Origin: Labilithrix sp. | Lineage (GTDB): Bacteria > Myxococcota_A > Polyangia > Polyangiales > Polyangiaceae | DNA length: 64,000 bases | Assembly (NCBI GenBank): GCA_019637155.1 | Contig: JAHBWE010000017.1 | Span: 64,001 to 128,000, forward strand | Direction of reading: 5' to 3' | Shown: positions 54,697 to 63,464 of the stretch, piece by piece | How positions within the stretch are numbered: the first letter of the stretch is position 1 | Layout: each line of letters begins with the position of its first letter | Position numbers and translations under genes: made by a program | The notes under the pieces: generated by a model | What the model was told of the DNA's origin: nothing | Database searches by the model: none | Seen by the model: the letters and a program-made list of their open reading frames with translations, nothing else

Positions 54697-56892
54697 TCAG
54701 GGGACGGTATCGATCGGCGTGACCTTGCCGCTCGTGTCGATGACGAGCGGCCACACGCCTGACGTCGTTCCGAGGAAGACGATGGCTCGGCCCTGACGTG
54801 ACCAGCCCCGGAGCTCGAGGAGGTTGCTCCGCTCCGACACCCGGCCGTTCTGGATCCGGTCGTCGAACACGATGACGTCCTCGGTCGCGGCGATGTGGTC
54901 CACCGGCGCGAGGCGCATCCGGACGCCGCCGCGCAGCCCGGCTCGCCAGACGAGGAGCAGCTTCCCGTCGAGCGGCACGGCCAGCGGAGCGACCTTGGGA
55001 AGGAGCTCGACGTTCTGCTGAAAGACCTCGTCGAGGTCGACGTTCTCCGTCGTGCAGCCGGCAGCGGTGCACCGTTCGAGCGAGATCGCGCCGGTGCCTC
55101 CGAGACGGACCTCTTGGTCCAGCATGAGCACCTCCTTGCCGGAGCAGTCGAACGTTCCACCGCCGACGGGGACGAGCGGTGACCAGCGGTCGCCGGTGTC
55201 GATCGCGAGCGCGGATCCGCGCGAGCCGTGGACGAGGACGAAGAAGGCGTCGCTGCTGCGACACCCCTCCATCGACTCCACGAAGCCGAGGCGCTCGGCG
55301 CCGCCGAGCTCGGTCGCGGCTCCGAGCACCTCGCCGGAGCGGAGGAGGCGCGCGACGGAGACGCCCGCGCTCGTCGCCCAGACGAGGTTGTCGTCGAGGA
55401 GCGCGACGTGCCGATCGTCCGTCACGCCCTTCAGCGGGAACAGCGTGCGCTTCGGCGCGGCGCCGTTCTCCGCGCGGAGAGCGACGAACTTGGATGCGCG
55501 GCGGTCGTAGCCGACGATCGCGGTGGAGCCGTCGGCGCGCGCGTAACCACCATAGCTCGCGAGCTCCGCGAGGACCTCACCGCTCGGCCGGAAGATGCCG
55601 GCCTGCCCGCCGTTGGCGAAGAGCAGCGGCGCGGCCGTCTCCTCGCTCCCGCCGCTCAGCGAGAGCTCGGTCTCGTCGAGCGGAGAAGCGAGCGCCTGAC
55701 ACCGGAACGTCACCCCGTCGAGGGTGCAAAGCCTGCCCGATCGAAGCTGGCGTGAGCCGTCGACGAGGACGTGGAGCGCCGGCGCCGGGATGCGATCGCT
55801 CCGCAGGAGCTTGAGCGACATCCGCGGCTTCGAGAACGGCGTCACGCGGCCGAGCGCGTCGATGTCGAGCCAGGGCGGCGGCGAAGGCCCCGCTTCCGCG
55901 CTCGTGCCGATCGTGCCGCTCGACGCGTAGCCTTCCTGCGCCGCCGCGGCCCAGAGATCATCGACCGCCTTGTAGACCGAGCCGTCGCGCGGGTCGGCGA
56001 GGAGGCGTCCGAGATGCTCGGCGAAGAACGCCGCGTCCCGCGCCTCCTTGTCGGTGCCCGCGCGCCGCTTCGCCTCGTGCAGCGCGTGCGCGTGGGTCGC
56101 GCAGCGAGCCGGCCACGGGTTCGTCGATGGAGGCGCCACCGCGAGGCGAATCTCCATCCTCCGGTAGGCGAGGCTCGGAGCCACGTCCGGTCCCGCCCCT
56201 CCGCCGAGGAGACACTCCTCGAGCGCGCGGAACGCCGTCACCTCCTTCTCGCGCTCGGCGCGGGCGGCGTAGCGAACGCCGAACGCGGCGCCACCGCCGC
56301 CGAGCACGACGATCGCGAGGAGCACGACGACGACCGGCCAGCGCCGCGGGCGCACGCGCGGGAGATCGGCCGAGAGCGGGCCGCTCGGCGGAGCGACCTC
56401 CGTCGCCAGCCCGCGCCGGAGCGCCCTCCGCGCCGCGCCCATGCGCGAGACGTCGCCGAGCGAGATCACGACGAGGACGAGCGTGATGAACGAGGCCGCG
56501 CCGCCGGCGATCCCCGCGATCGATCCCGTCAGGAGCGCAAAGAGAGACGCGACGCCGGCGAGCGGGCACGACAGGAGACCGACGACCGCGAGGGAGAGGC
56601 GCCCGGAGCGAACCCCGATCGCGCCCGACAGCGCGGCGATACCAGCGAGGCCGTGGCCCACCGCGACGAGCCCGCTCGTCGTACCCACGGTCGCGATGAG
56701 AAGGCGCGCCATGAGGAGGAAGAGGAGGAGCGAGATGACGACCAGGCCGATGCACGCGGCGTTGACCACGATCGTCGGCGCGAAGCTCGCGGCCTCGTCC
56801 GGAGCAGCCTGCGCGAACGGCGGTCGCGGCGGTCCGCTCGGGTACGAGTACGGGCGCGGCGGACCGGAATGGTGCGGCGGCCCCGAATGCAT
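54697..56892 (-). CDS. polytopic membrane protein with Pro-rich cytoplasmic N-terminus, hypothetical
   Basis: N-terminal HSGPPRPYSYPSGPP. Four or five TM helices in the first 200 aa. A later TM segment VVVVLLAIVVLGGGGAAFGV. Roughly 500-aa C-terminal domain. Confidence 0.55.
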   Translation of the reverse strand: MHSGPPHHSGPPRPYSYPSGPPRPPFAQAAPDEAASFAPTIVVNAACIGLVVISLLLFLLMARLLIATVGTTSGLVAVGHGLAGIAALSGAIGVRSGRLSLAVVGLLSCPLAGVASLFALLTGSIAGIAGGAASFITLVLVVISLGDVSRMGAARRALRRGLATEVAPPSGPLSADLPRVRPRRWPVVVVLLAIVVLGGGGAAFGVRYAARAEREKEVTAFRALEECLLGGGAGPDVAPSLAYRRMEIRLAVAPPSTNPWPARCATHAHALHEAKRRAGTDKEARDAAFFAEHLGRLLADPRDGSVYKAVDDLWAAAAQEGYASSGTIGTSAEAGPSPPPWLDIDALGRVTPFSKPRMSLKLLRSDRIPAPALHVLVDGSRQLRSGRLCTLDGVTFRCQALASPLDETELSLSGGSEETAAPLLFANGGQAGIFRPSGEVLAELASYGGYARADGSTAIVGYDRRASKFVALRAENGAAPKRTLFPLKGVTDDRHVALLDDNLVWATSAGVSVARLLRSGEVLGAATELGGAERLGFVESMEGCRSSDAFFVLVHGSRGSALAIDTGDRWSPLVPVGGGTFDCSGKEVLMLDQEVRLGGTGAISLERCTAAGCTTENVDLDEVFQQNVELLPKVAPLAVPLDGKLLLVWRAGLRGGVRMRLAPVDHIAATEDVIVFDDRIQNGRVSERSNLLELRGWSRQGRAIVFLGTTSGVWPLVIDTSGKVTPIDTVP

Positions 56893-56989
56893 CGCCGTGC
56901 TCTACCGCAGATGCGTGAGGCCGCCAATCGCCCCACCCCGACGTCGCGCCGCACGTCCGTACACGTTCGGGTTGGCGTGCTATGTTGTC

Positions 56990-57517
56990 GTGGTCGCGCG
57001 AGCCCGCCAACCCGAGCCTCGTCGTCTCTCGCGAGCGGAGTACGACCGGCTCGTCCAGCTTGGCTTTTTCGCGGGCGAGAACGTGGAGCTCATCCACGGC
57101 ATCGTCATCCGCCCGCGCCGATGGACCCGCCACACGCAGATCCCATCGAGCGACTCACGGAGCTGTTGGTGCTCGCGCTCGTCTCCCGTGCGCGTGTTCG
57201 TGTTCAGCTTCCCTTCGTCGCGGTCGACGACTCCGAGCCGGAGCCCCCACCAGAAGGCTCACCCGGATCGCGCGCACTTGCTCATCGAGGTGGCGGAGTC
57301 CTCCCTGACGTACCACCGTGAGACCAAGGCGCCCCTCTACGCCTCGTCAGGTGTGCCCGAGTATTGGATCGTCGACGTCTCGTCGCGCACATTGGAGGTG
57401 TATTCGTCGCCGCAGGGAGAGCGCTACGCATCCCTCGCGACATTTACCGGGCAAGACATCCTTCGCCCGCAGGCATTTGCGGACGTAGAGATCCGCGTCG
57501 CGCAGCTCTTCGACTGA
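56990..57517 (+). pseudogene. Uma2-family (DUF820) putative endonuclease gene disrupted by two frameshifts
   Basis: Frame 1 reads RLSRAEYDRLVQLGFFAGENVELIHGIVI. The reading then shifts to the +1 frame (HADPIERLTELLVLALVSRARVRVQLPFVAVDDSEPEPPP). It returns to frame 1 for HLLIEVAESSLTYHRETKAPLYASSGVPEYWIVDVSSRTLEVY. Confidence 0.5.
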
Positions 57518-57557
57518 CGTCTGGACACGCGTCGCGAGGCGCTAGACTGGATCGAGC

Positions 57558-58589
57558 ATGTTGGCAAAATCGATTCTTTTGGTCGCAGCGGCGTCGGCCG
57601 CGGCGCTCCTCGCGTGTGCTCGTGGAGGCGGAAACGACGAAAACGGTAACGTCGTCGATTCGAGCTACACCTTTGCTCCCGCCGGCGCGACGCGCACGTG
57701 CGCGGGCGACGCCGACTGCGTGGTCGTCGTCGCCGTCCGTGAGTGCTCGCAGTGCTGCGGGTACGGCGCGATCGCGCGCGGTGAGGCGGAGCGCGCGCAC
57801 GCGGCGGTGCTCGAAGCATGTACGCAGCCGGGCGCGCCGATGGGCGGCATCTGCGGGATGGCCTGCGCACCCCAGCGCGCCGCCTGCTTCGAGGGGACGT
57901 GCGTGATGCTCCCCGAGCACGACGCGGGCGGGCTCGTCTGCCCGAACGCGGCGGACGGAGGAGCGGGCGCGGCGCCGGATCCCGGCCCCGGTCCGTCGTG
58001 CGGTGCGCGCGCCGTGCAGACGGGGTTCGAGGACGGGCTCGATCCGTCGTGGACCGCGACCGATCCGAGCGCCTTCCAGATCGATCGCGCCGAGCCGCTC
58101 GCCGGCGGCGCCAGCCTCCGCATCGCGTATCGACAGAAGAACGACTACCTCACCATCGCGCAGCCCGACGCGTGCGCGATCCGCGTCGCGTTCACCCTGC
58201 GCACGCGCCTCCTCGCGAGCGGCCTCACGATCGCGCGGATCGTCACGGGCGCGGGCTCGTGGCTCCACCTCCGGCTCGAGAGCTGCGGCCTCTCGGTCAT
58301 TGAGGAGACGCGCTCCGACGCCGCGACCGGCCTCGGCGTCGGGGACGTCGTGTGGCCGGTGCCGGAGGACGCTCCGGTCCGCGTCGTCCTCACGGTGGAC
58401 CTCCGCACGAAGACGCTCACCACCGTCGCGGCGCCGCTCGGCTCGGCGTTCCCCGCGCCGCGGACGCAGGGGCTCGCCGGCGATCCGTCGGGCACGAGCG
58501 CGATCCGAGCGATCGAGATCGGCTCCGCCCCCGGCATCGTGCCGTCCACCGTCGGCACGGTCTGGCTCGACGACGTCGCGATCGACTGA
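57558..58589 (+). CDS. lipoprotein, hypothetical, Cys-rich N-terminal region
   Basis: Signal MLAKSILLVAAASAAALLAC. Multiple Cys (CAGDADCVVVVAVRECSQCCGYG...). Beta-rich C-terminal domain. Confidence 0.5.
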   Translation: MLAKSILLVAAASAAALLACARGGGNDENGNVVDSSYTFAPAGATRTCAGDADCVVVVAVRECSQCCGYGAIARGEAERAHAAVLEACTQPGAPMGGICGMACAPQRAACFEGTCVMLPEHDAGGLVCPNAADGGAGAAPDPGPGPSCGARAVQTGFEDGLDPSWTATDPSAFQIDRAEPLAGGASLRIAYRQKNDYLTIAQPDACAIRVAFTLRTRLLASGLTIARIVTGAGSWLHLRLESCGLSVIEETRSDAATGLGVGDVVWPVPEDAPVRVVLTVDLRTKTLTTVAAPLGSAFPAPRTQGLAGDPSGTSAIRAIEIGSAPGIVPSTVGTVWLDDVAID

Positions 58590-58637
58590 CGAGCCGCCGG
58601 CGCGGGGCGGGCCGAAGCCCGCGGCCGCGCGGACCGC

Positions 58638-58823
58638 TCAGTGGCGGGCGTTCTCTTGCTCGCGCGCCTTCTCCGGTGTCGGCTCGAGCTTCGAAGGCGC
58701 CTCCGACGGCACGAAGCGCACGCCGGCGCCGTCTTTTTCGTTTTTTTCGTTCTTTTCATTGACGCCGTCTTGCGGCGTCCATTGCTGCTGCCTCTTCGGG
58801 TCCTGGTTCATCACGTTCCTCAT
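58638..58823 (-). CDS. small hydrophilic protein (61 aa)
   Basis: MRNVMNQDPKRQQQWTPQDGVNEKNEKNEKDGAGVRF... The ATG overlaps the stop of the preceding small ORF (ATGA). Confidence 0.45.
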   Translation of the reverse strand: MRNVMNQDPKRQQQWTPQDGVNEKNEKNEKDGAGVRFVPSEAPSKLEPTPEKAREQENARH

Positions 58824-58972
58824 TTCTGCGGGAGCGGGGCCTTCGGGGTGTTGGGGTGGACGGCGCCCTCTTGCTGCTGCTCGCGCTCGCGCTGCTCGTG
58901 GAGGTCGTCCTTCGTCGGCTTGTGCTCGGCCTGCTGCTTGGCGGCCTGTTCCTTGGTGCGTGGATCGTTCAT
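58820..58972 (-). CDS. small hydrophilic Gln/Glu/Lys-rich protein (50 aa)
   Basis: MNDPRTKEQAAKQQAEHKPTKDDLHEQREREQQQEGAVHPNTPKAPLPQK. A GGAGCAGGAG RBS lies upstream. The gene sits immediately downstream of Hsp20 and is not in the ORF track because of its length. Confidence 0.4.
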   Translation of the reverse strand: MNDPRTKEQAAKQQAEHKPTKDDLHEQREREQQQEGAVHPNTPKAPLPQK

Positions 58973-58987
58973 CGCGAGCTCCTGCTC

Positions 58988-59493
58988 CTAGTGCGGCTCG
59001 CCGTTGCCGCGGATCTGGACCTTGTGCGAGGCGATCTTCGGGAGCTTGAGCGTCACCTCGAGGACGCCGTTCTGGAAGAGCGCGTCGCAGTCGCTCGCGA
59101 CGATGCCGGACGGCAGCGGGATGCGGCGCCGGAACGAGCCGTACGATCGCTCGCTGTGGAAGATCCCTTCCTTGGTCTCCTCGTGCTCGGCGCGGCGCTC
59201 GCCCTTGATCGTGATCCCGTCGTCGTCGAGCTCGACGTCGACGTCCTTGCTCTCGAGCCCGGGCAGGTCGGCGCGAACGACGAGGTCCTCACCGCGCTGG
59301 AACACCTCGACCTGAGGGTGCCACGCTCGAGCCATGTCCTCGCGCTCGTCCCAGCTCGAGAGGCCGCCACCCCATCCGCCGAAGATGCGGTCCATGTCCT
59401 CCATCATTCGGCGGACCGTGGTGAACGGCGACATCGCACGCTGAGGCGTGCCTTCGCTCGCGCGCTGGATGCCTTGATTCTGCTTCCGTTCCA
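58988..59493 (-). CDS. Hsp20/alpha-crystallin family small heat-shock protein
   Basis: Alpha-crystallin domain with WHPQVEVFQRGEDLVVRADLPGLESKDVDVEL and IFHSERSYGSFRRRIPLP. ATG at 59493 with an AAAGGAGG RBS. Confidence 0.9.
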
Positions 59494-59501
59494 TCGTTAG
59501 A

Positions 59502-59518
59502 GCCTCCTTTCGTAGGAG
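59502..59518 (-). promoter_or_regulatory. putative SD-sequestering hairpin (RNA-thermometer-like) in the Hsp20 5-prime UTR
   Basis: The mRNA reads ...caCCUCCUacgaaAGGAGGcucuaacgAUG. The anti-SD CCUCCU pairs with the SD AGGAGG across a 5-nt loop, 8 nt before the start codon. Confidence 0.3.
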
Positions 59519-59544
59519 GTGGAAGCAGCATCGAGACCAAGCGC

Positions 59545-59955
59545 TCAGCTCTTCTGCACGTGGGCGGGGTCCATCCAGAGGACCTCCCAGTGGTGACCGT
59601 CGAGGTCGTAGAAGCTCGCGCCGTACATGAAGCCGTGGTCCTGCGGCGGCATCGCGGCGGAGCCGCCGTTCTCGAGCGCGGTCCTCACGAGCGCGTCGAC
59701 CTCCGCGCGGCTCTCGCACGACAGCGCGAAGAGCGCCTCGGTCTGCTCGTGCGCGTTGGAGATCGGGCGCTTGGTGAACGTCTTGAAGAACTCCTCCTGG
59801 AGCAACATGACATAGCCGAGCTCGCTCACGACCAGACACGCCGCGTTCTGGTCCGTGAACTGCGCGTTGTACGTGAAGCCGAGCTTGGCGAAGAAGGCCT
59901 TGGTCTTCTCGAGGTCCTTGACGGGGAGGTTCACGAAGATGCTGCGTGCGGCCAT
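59545..59955 (-). CDS. VOC/glyoxalase-fold family protein
   Basis: MAARSIFVNLPVKDLEKTKAFFAKLGF...DHGFMYGASFYDLDGHHWEVLW, typical of glyoxalase/bleomycin-resistance fold proteins. Confidence 0.7.
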   Translation of the reverse strand: MAARSIFVNLPVKDLEKTKAFFAKLGFTYNAQFTDQNAACLVVSELGYVMLLQEEFFKTFTKRPISNAHEQTEALFALSCESRAEVDALVRTALENGGSAAMPPQDHGFMYGASFYDLDGHHWEVLWMDPAHVQKS

Positions 59956-60027
59956 GACGACGTCCTTTCGTTGAGGGTTCGTCTCTTGGACTCCCCTCCC
60001 CGCGCGGAATCATCGGTCGCTCGGATC

Positions 60028-60996
60028 TTATTCGGGCAGCGTCAGCGGCAGGCCGAAGAGGGGGAACAGCGTCTCGACGTCGAGGAAGGAGGTCCAGCCG
60101 GTGATGGAGGATTCGTCGAGCTCGAGGACGGTGAGGGAGAAGGCCTTGAAGCCGCCGTCGGGGTTCACGCGGTAATGCGCGAAGGCGGGGTGGCCGCAGG
60201 CGCCGGTCGTGCGGACGACCTTCGAGCCGCGGCAGCCGCTGCCGCGGCCGAGGAGCCACGCGCGGACCGGCGCGCGGCCCTGGAGCCAGAGCGAATACGG
60301 CGGCATGCAGAAGCGCGCGTCGTCGCGGAGGAGCGACACGAGGCCGTCGACGTCGTAGGTCGCGAACGCGGCGACGTACCGATCGACGAGCTCCTCCTGC
60401 TTCGCGGTGAGCGGCGTGTGCGCCGCGACGTCCTTCGTCGCGAGCGTCGCGCGCGCGCGCTGGAGGCCGCTGTTCACCGCCGCCACCGTCATCTCGAGCG
60501 CGTCCGCCACCTCGGCCGCGGACCAGCCGAGCACCTCCGTGAGCAAGAGCGCCGCGCGCTGGCGCGGAGGCAGGTGCTGAAGCGCGGCGACGAACGCGAG
60601 GCGGATGCTCTCCTTCAGCACCGCCGCCTCGGAGGGATCGGCGTCGGAGGGGATCGCCTTCGCGTCGGGGATCGGCTCGAGCCAGTGCGTGCGCTCGTAC
60701 GCGACGAGCTCGTCCTCCGTCGTCCCCGCCGGGCCGTCGATCGGCCGCACACGCGACTTCTTCGCCGCCGCGAGCGCGTCGAGGCACACGTTGGTCGCGA
60801 TGCGGTAGAGCCACGTCTTCACCGCCGCGCGCTCCTCGAAGCGATCGAGGCTCTTCCACGCGCGCACCATCGTCTCTTGCACCGCGTCGTCGGCCTCGGC
60901 CGCGGAGCCGAGCATGCGGTAGCAGTGACCGGTGAGCGCGACCCGATGCTCCTCGAGCCGCGTCGCAGCAGAAGCAGCACCAGCAGCAGCAGCCAT
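60028..60996 (-). CDS. ECF sigma factor with C-terminal SnoaL/NTF2-like extension (ECF41/SigJ-like)
   Basis: Region 2 [12 protein letters not shown]. Linker motif [12 protein letters not shown], resembling the conserved YVGPWLPEP motif of the ECF41 group. Region 4 [27 protein letters not shown]. An extra domain of about 130 aa follows region 4. Confidence 0.8.
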   Translation of the reverse strand: MAAAAGAASAATRLEEHRVALTGHCYRMLGSAAEADDAVQETMVRAWKSLDRFEERAAVKTWLYRIATNVCLDALAAAKKSRVRPIDGPAGTTEDELVAYERTHWLEPIPDAKAIPSDADPSEAAVLKESIRLAFVAALQHLPPRQRAALLLTEVLGWSAAEVADALEMTVAAVNSGLQRARATLATKDVAAHTPLTAKQEELVDRYVAAFATYDVDGLVSLLRDDARFCMPPYSLWLQGRAPVRAWLLGRGSGCRGSKVVRTTGACGHPAFAHYRVNPDGGFKAFSLTVLELDESSITGWTSFLDVETLFPLFGLPLTLPE

Positions 60997-61046
60997 GACG
61001 AGGCTCTTAGCACGCTCGTTTCGGGCTGGGGTAGGCTCGGCCGTGG

Positions 61047-61976
61047 ATGGTCGCCGTCTCGAACGCGGACCGCGTCGTGTTCCCCGCCATCGGCCGCACG
61101 AAGGGCGACGTCGTCGCGTATTACGAGCGCATCGCGCCGCGCGCGCTGCCGCACCTGCTCGCGCGCCCGCTCTCGCTCCGGCGCTTCCCGAAGGGCCTCG
61201 CCGGCCCCGGCTTCTTCCAGAAGAACGTGCCCGCGCACTACCCGCCGACGTTCGGCCGCTTCGAGGCGCCGCGCCAGCCGCGGCGGGGCGAGAAGGCGCC
61301 CGGCATCACGAGCTACCCCGTGATCACGGAGGCGGAGCACCTCCCCTACGTCGCGAACCAGGGCGCGATCGAGCTCCACGTCACGACGTCGCGGATCGAG
61401 GACATCACTCACCCCGATCGCGTCGTCATCGACCTCGATCCGCCGGAGGGCGCCGACGTCGCGCTCGTCCGCCGCGCGGCGCACCTCGCGCGCGACGTCG
61501 TCGGCACGCTCGGCCTCGAGACCACGCCGGTCGCGACGGGCTCGAAGGGCTATCACCTCGTCGCGCGCCTCGCCCCGAGCATCGACGCGGAGGACCTCGC
61601 GCTCGCGATGCATCGCGCCGCCGCGATCCTGGCGGAGGCGCACCCCGACACGTTGACGATCGCGTTCCGCACCGCGCTCCGCGGCGAGCGCGTCTTCGTC
61701 GACTGGCTCAGGAACCGCACGATGGCGACCGCGATCGCGCCCTACTCGCTGCGCGCGAAGCCGCGCGCCTCGGTCGCGACGCCGCTGACGTGGGCGGAGC
61801 TCGACTCCGTCGCGCCCGACACGTTCACGATCGCCGACCTCGAGCGCCTGCTCGAGCGCGACGACCCGCTCGCGGCCCTCCCGCCGAGCGACGCCCGCCG
61901 CTTCGCGAACAACGTCGAAACGATGTTCAACGCGGCAGGCATCGTTCTCGAGAGATTCGACCGATTCCGGAGCTGA
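61047..61976 (+). CDS. stand-alone NHEJ polymerase/primase domain protein (LigD polymerase domain)
   Basis: Motifs [19 protein letters not shown] and APYSLRAKP are diagnostic of the LigD-Pol (archaeo-eukaryotic primase) domain. No ligase or nuclease domain is attached. Confidence 0.85.
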   Translation: MVAVSNADRVVFPAIGRTKGDVVAYYERIAPRALPHLLARPLSLRRFPKGLAGPGFFQKNVPAHYPPTFGRFEAPRQPRRGEKAPGITSYPVITEAEHLPYVANQGAIELHVTTSRIEDITHPDRVVIDLDPPEGADVALVRRAAHLARDVVGTLGLETTPVATGSKGYHLVARLAPSIDAEDLALAMHRAAAILAEAHPDTLTIAFRTALRGERVFVDWLRNRTMATAIAPYSLRAKPRASVATPLTWAELDSVAPDTFTIADLERLLERDDPLAALPPSDARRFANNVETMFNAAGIVLERFDRFRS

Positions 61977-61977
61977 G

Positions 61978-62826
61978 CTAGAAGCGCTCCGCGAACGGGC
62001 GCACGAAGCGGCGGTCGTCCGACCAATCGAGGACCGCGAACACCACCTCGTCGAAGACGCCCGCGAAGGCGCCGTCGAGCTCGGAGCGGTACGCGCCGGC
62101 GACGACGGCGGGATCGTTCTTGAAGACGCCGCAGCCCCACGCCCCGAGGACGAGGTGGCGGTGCCCTTCGCGCGCGGCGATCGCGAGCGAACGCCGGACG
62201 CGCGCGCGCATCGTGCGCTCCACCTCCGCCGCGCGATCGGGCTCGCGCTCCAGCACCACGCCCGCGTTCGGAGCGGGGGCGGTGAGGAAGGAGCAGAGGT
62301 ACGGCTCCTCGAGGAGCGCGCCGGTGTCGTCGTCGCGGAACACCGGGACGCTCGGCGAGTGGATCATCCAGTCGGTGTAGAGGCAGTCGCCGTGCGCGCG
62401 GTGATGGGCGTACATCGGCGAGCGGCGGATGCACGCGTAGAGCGCGCTCGATCGCGCGAGCGACTCCTCTTGTGCGCGCGCGCCGCCGAGGAAGCCTCCG
62501 CCCGGGTTCTTCGCCGACGCGAAGTTCAGGACGTACGGATGCGCGCCGCGCAGCGCGAGCGCCCGCGCCGACGCGAGGCTCGTGCCGTTCACGACGCTCG
62601 TGCGCGTGGGACGCGCGCCGGGGCTCGGGAGCGCGACGCTCTCCTCCGGCCGGACGTCGACGGTCCCCTGGACCGCGCGCTCGACGCCGGCGGCGACGGA
62701 GACCTCGCGCCCGGACGGCGCGACGTACGAGCCGCGCTCCGTGATCGTGACCGCCTCCTCGCCTTGGCGGCGCGCCTGCGATCGATCGGGTCCGCGGGAC
62801 GGGGTGTAGGTGAAATCGAAGCTCAT
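61978..62826 (-). CDS. bacterial-type poly(ADP-ribose) glycohydrolase-like macrodomain protein (DUF2263/TIGR02452 family)
   Basis: The PARG signature GGG-X6-8-QEE is present as NFASAKNPGGGFLGGARAQEESL. Length 282 aa is typical of the family. Confidence 0.75.
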   Translation of the reverse strand: MSFDFTYTPSRGPDRSQARRQGEEAVTITERGSYVAPSGREVSVAAGVERAVQGTVDVRPEESVALPSPGARPTRTSVVNGTSLASARALALRGAHPYVLNFASAKNPGGGFLGGARAQEESLARSSALYACIRRSPMYAHHRAHGDCLYTDWMIHSPSVPVFRDDDTGALLEEPYLCSFLTAPAPNAGVVLEREPDRAAEVERTMRARVRRSLAIAAREGHRHLVLGAWGCGVFKNDPAVVAGAYRSELDGAFAGVFDEVVFAVLDWSDDRRFVRPFAERF

Positions 62827-62900
62827 GACCCAGCTCAGGATGAGGCCAGCGCAAATAAAGTCAAGTGGACTCTTTTGGCCCCGTGTTAGCTTGCCCCCGC

Positions 62901-63464
62901 ATGACGAAGACGCGCAACGCCACCGACGTCGCTCGCCGTTGCCTCTGCCTCGAGCTCCTCGCGCAGCGATCGCTCCTCGAGAGCGACGAGGAGGAGCCCC
63001 TCGCCGGCCGCGAGGCCGCGCGGGCGCAGTGGAGCAGCCGCATCGCCGACCTCGGCGTCGCGGACACGCTCTCGAGCGAGGAGCGCGCGCTGCTCGACGC
63101 GCCGGTCGGCGCGCTGAGCGAGGACGAACGCGACGACCTCGACGGTCGCTCCGCCGGGGCGGCGGTGTTGCTCTGGGCGCTCGGCCGCGCCCCCCAGCGC
63201 CCCACGTTCGCGCTCGCCGACGACGTCATCGCCGAGCACGGCCTCCTCGGCGACGGCTCGATCTCCGCCGCGCGCGCCGCGGCCGAGGGCGCGACGCTGC
63301 GCGCAGCGAGCGAGCTCGACGCCGCGATCGCGAGCTACCGGCGCGCGCGCGGCAAGGCGAAGGACCCGTCCGACGCCGAGCAGATCTACGCCGGCATCGG
63401 CGCGCACCACCTCGAGTGGATCGTCGACGCGTCGATGAGCTTCGACGACGATCTCGCTACTTGA
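62901..63464 (+). CDS. hypothetical protein
   Basis: MTKTRNATDVARRCLCLELLAQRSLLES... Acidic, helical. No family recognised. Confidence 0.4.
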   Translation: MTKTRNATDVARRCLCLELLAQRSLLESDEEEPLAGREAARAQWSSRIADLGVADTLSSEERALLDAPVGALSEDERDDLDGRSAGAAVLLWALGRAPQRPTFALADDVIAEHGLLGDGSISAARAAAEGATLRAASELDAAIASYRRARGKAKDPSDAEQIYAGIGAHHLEWIVDASMSFDDDLAT

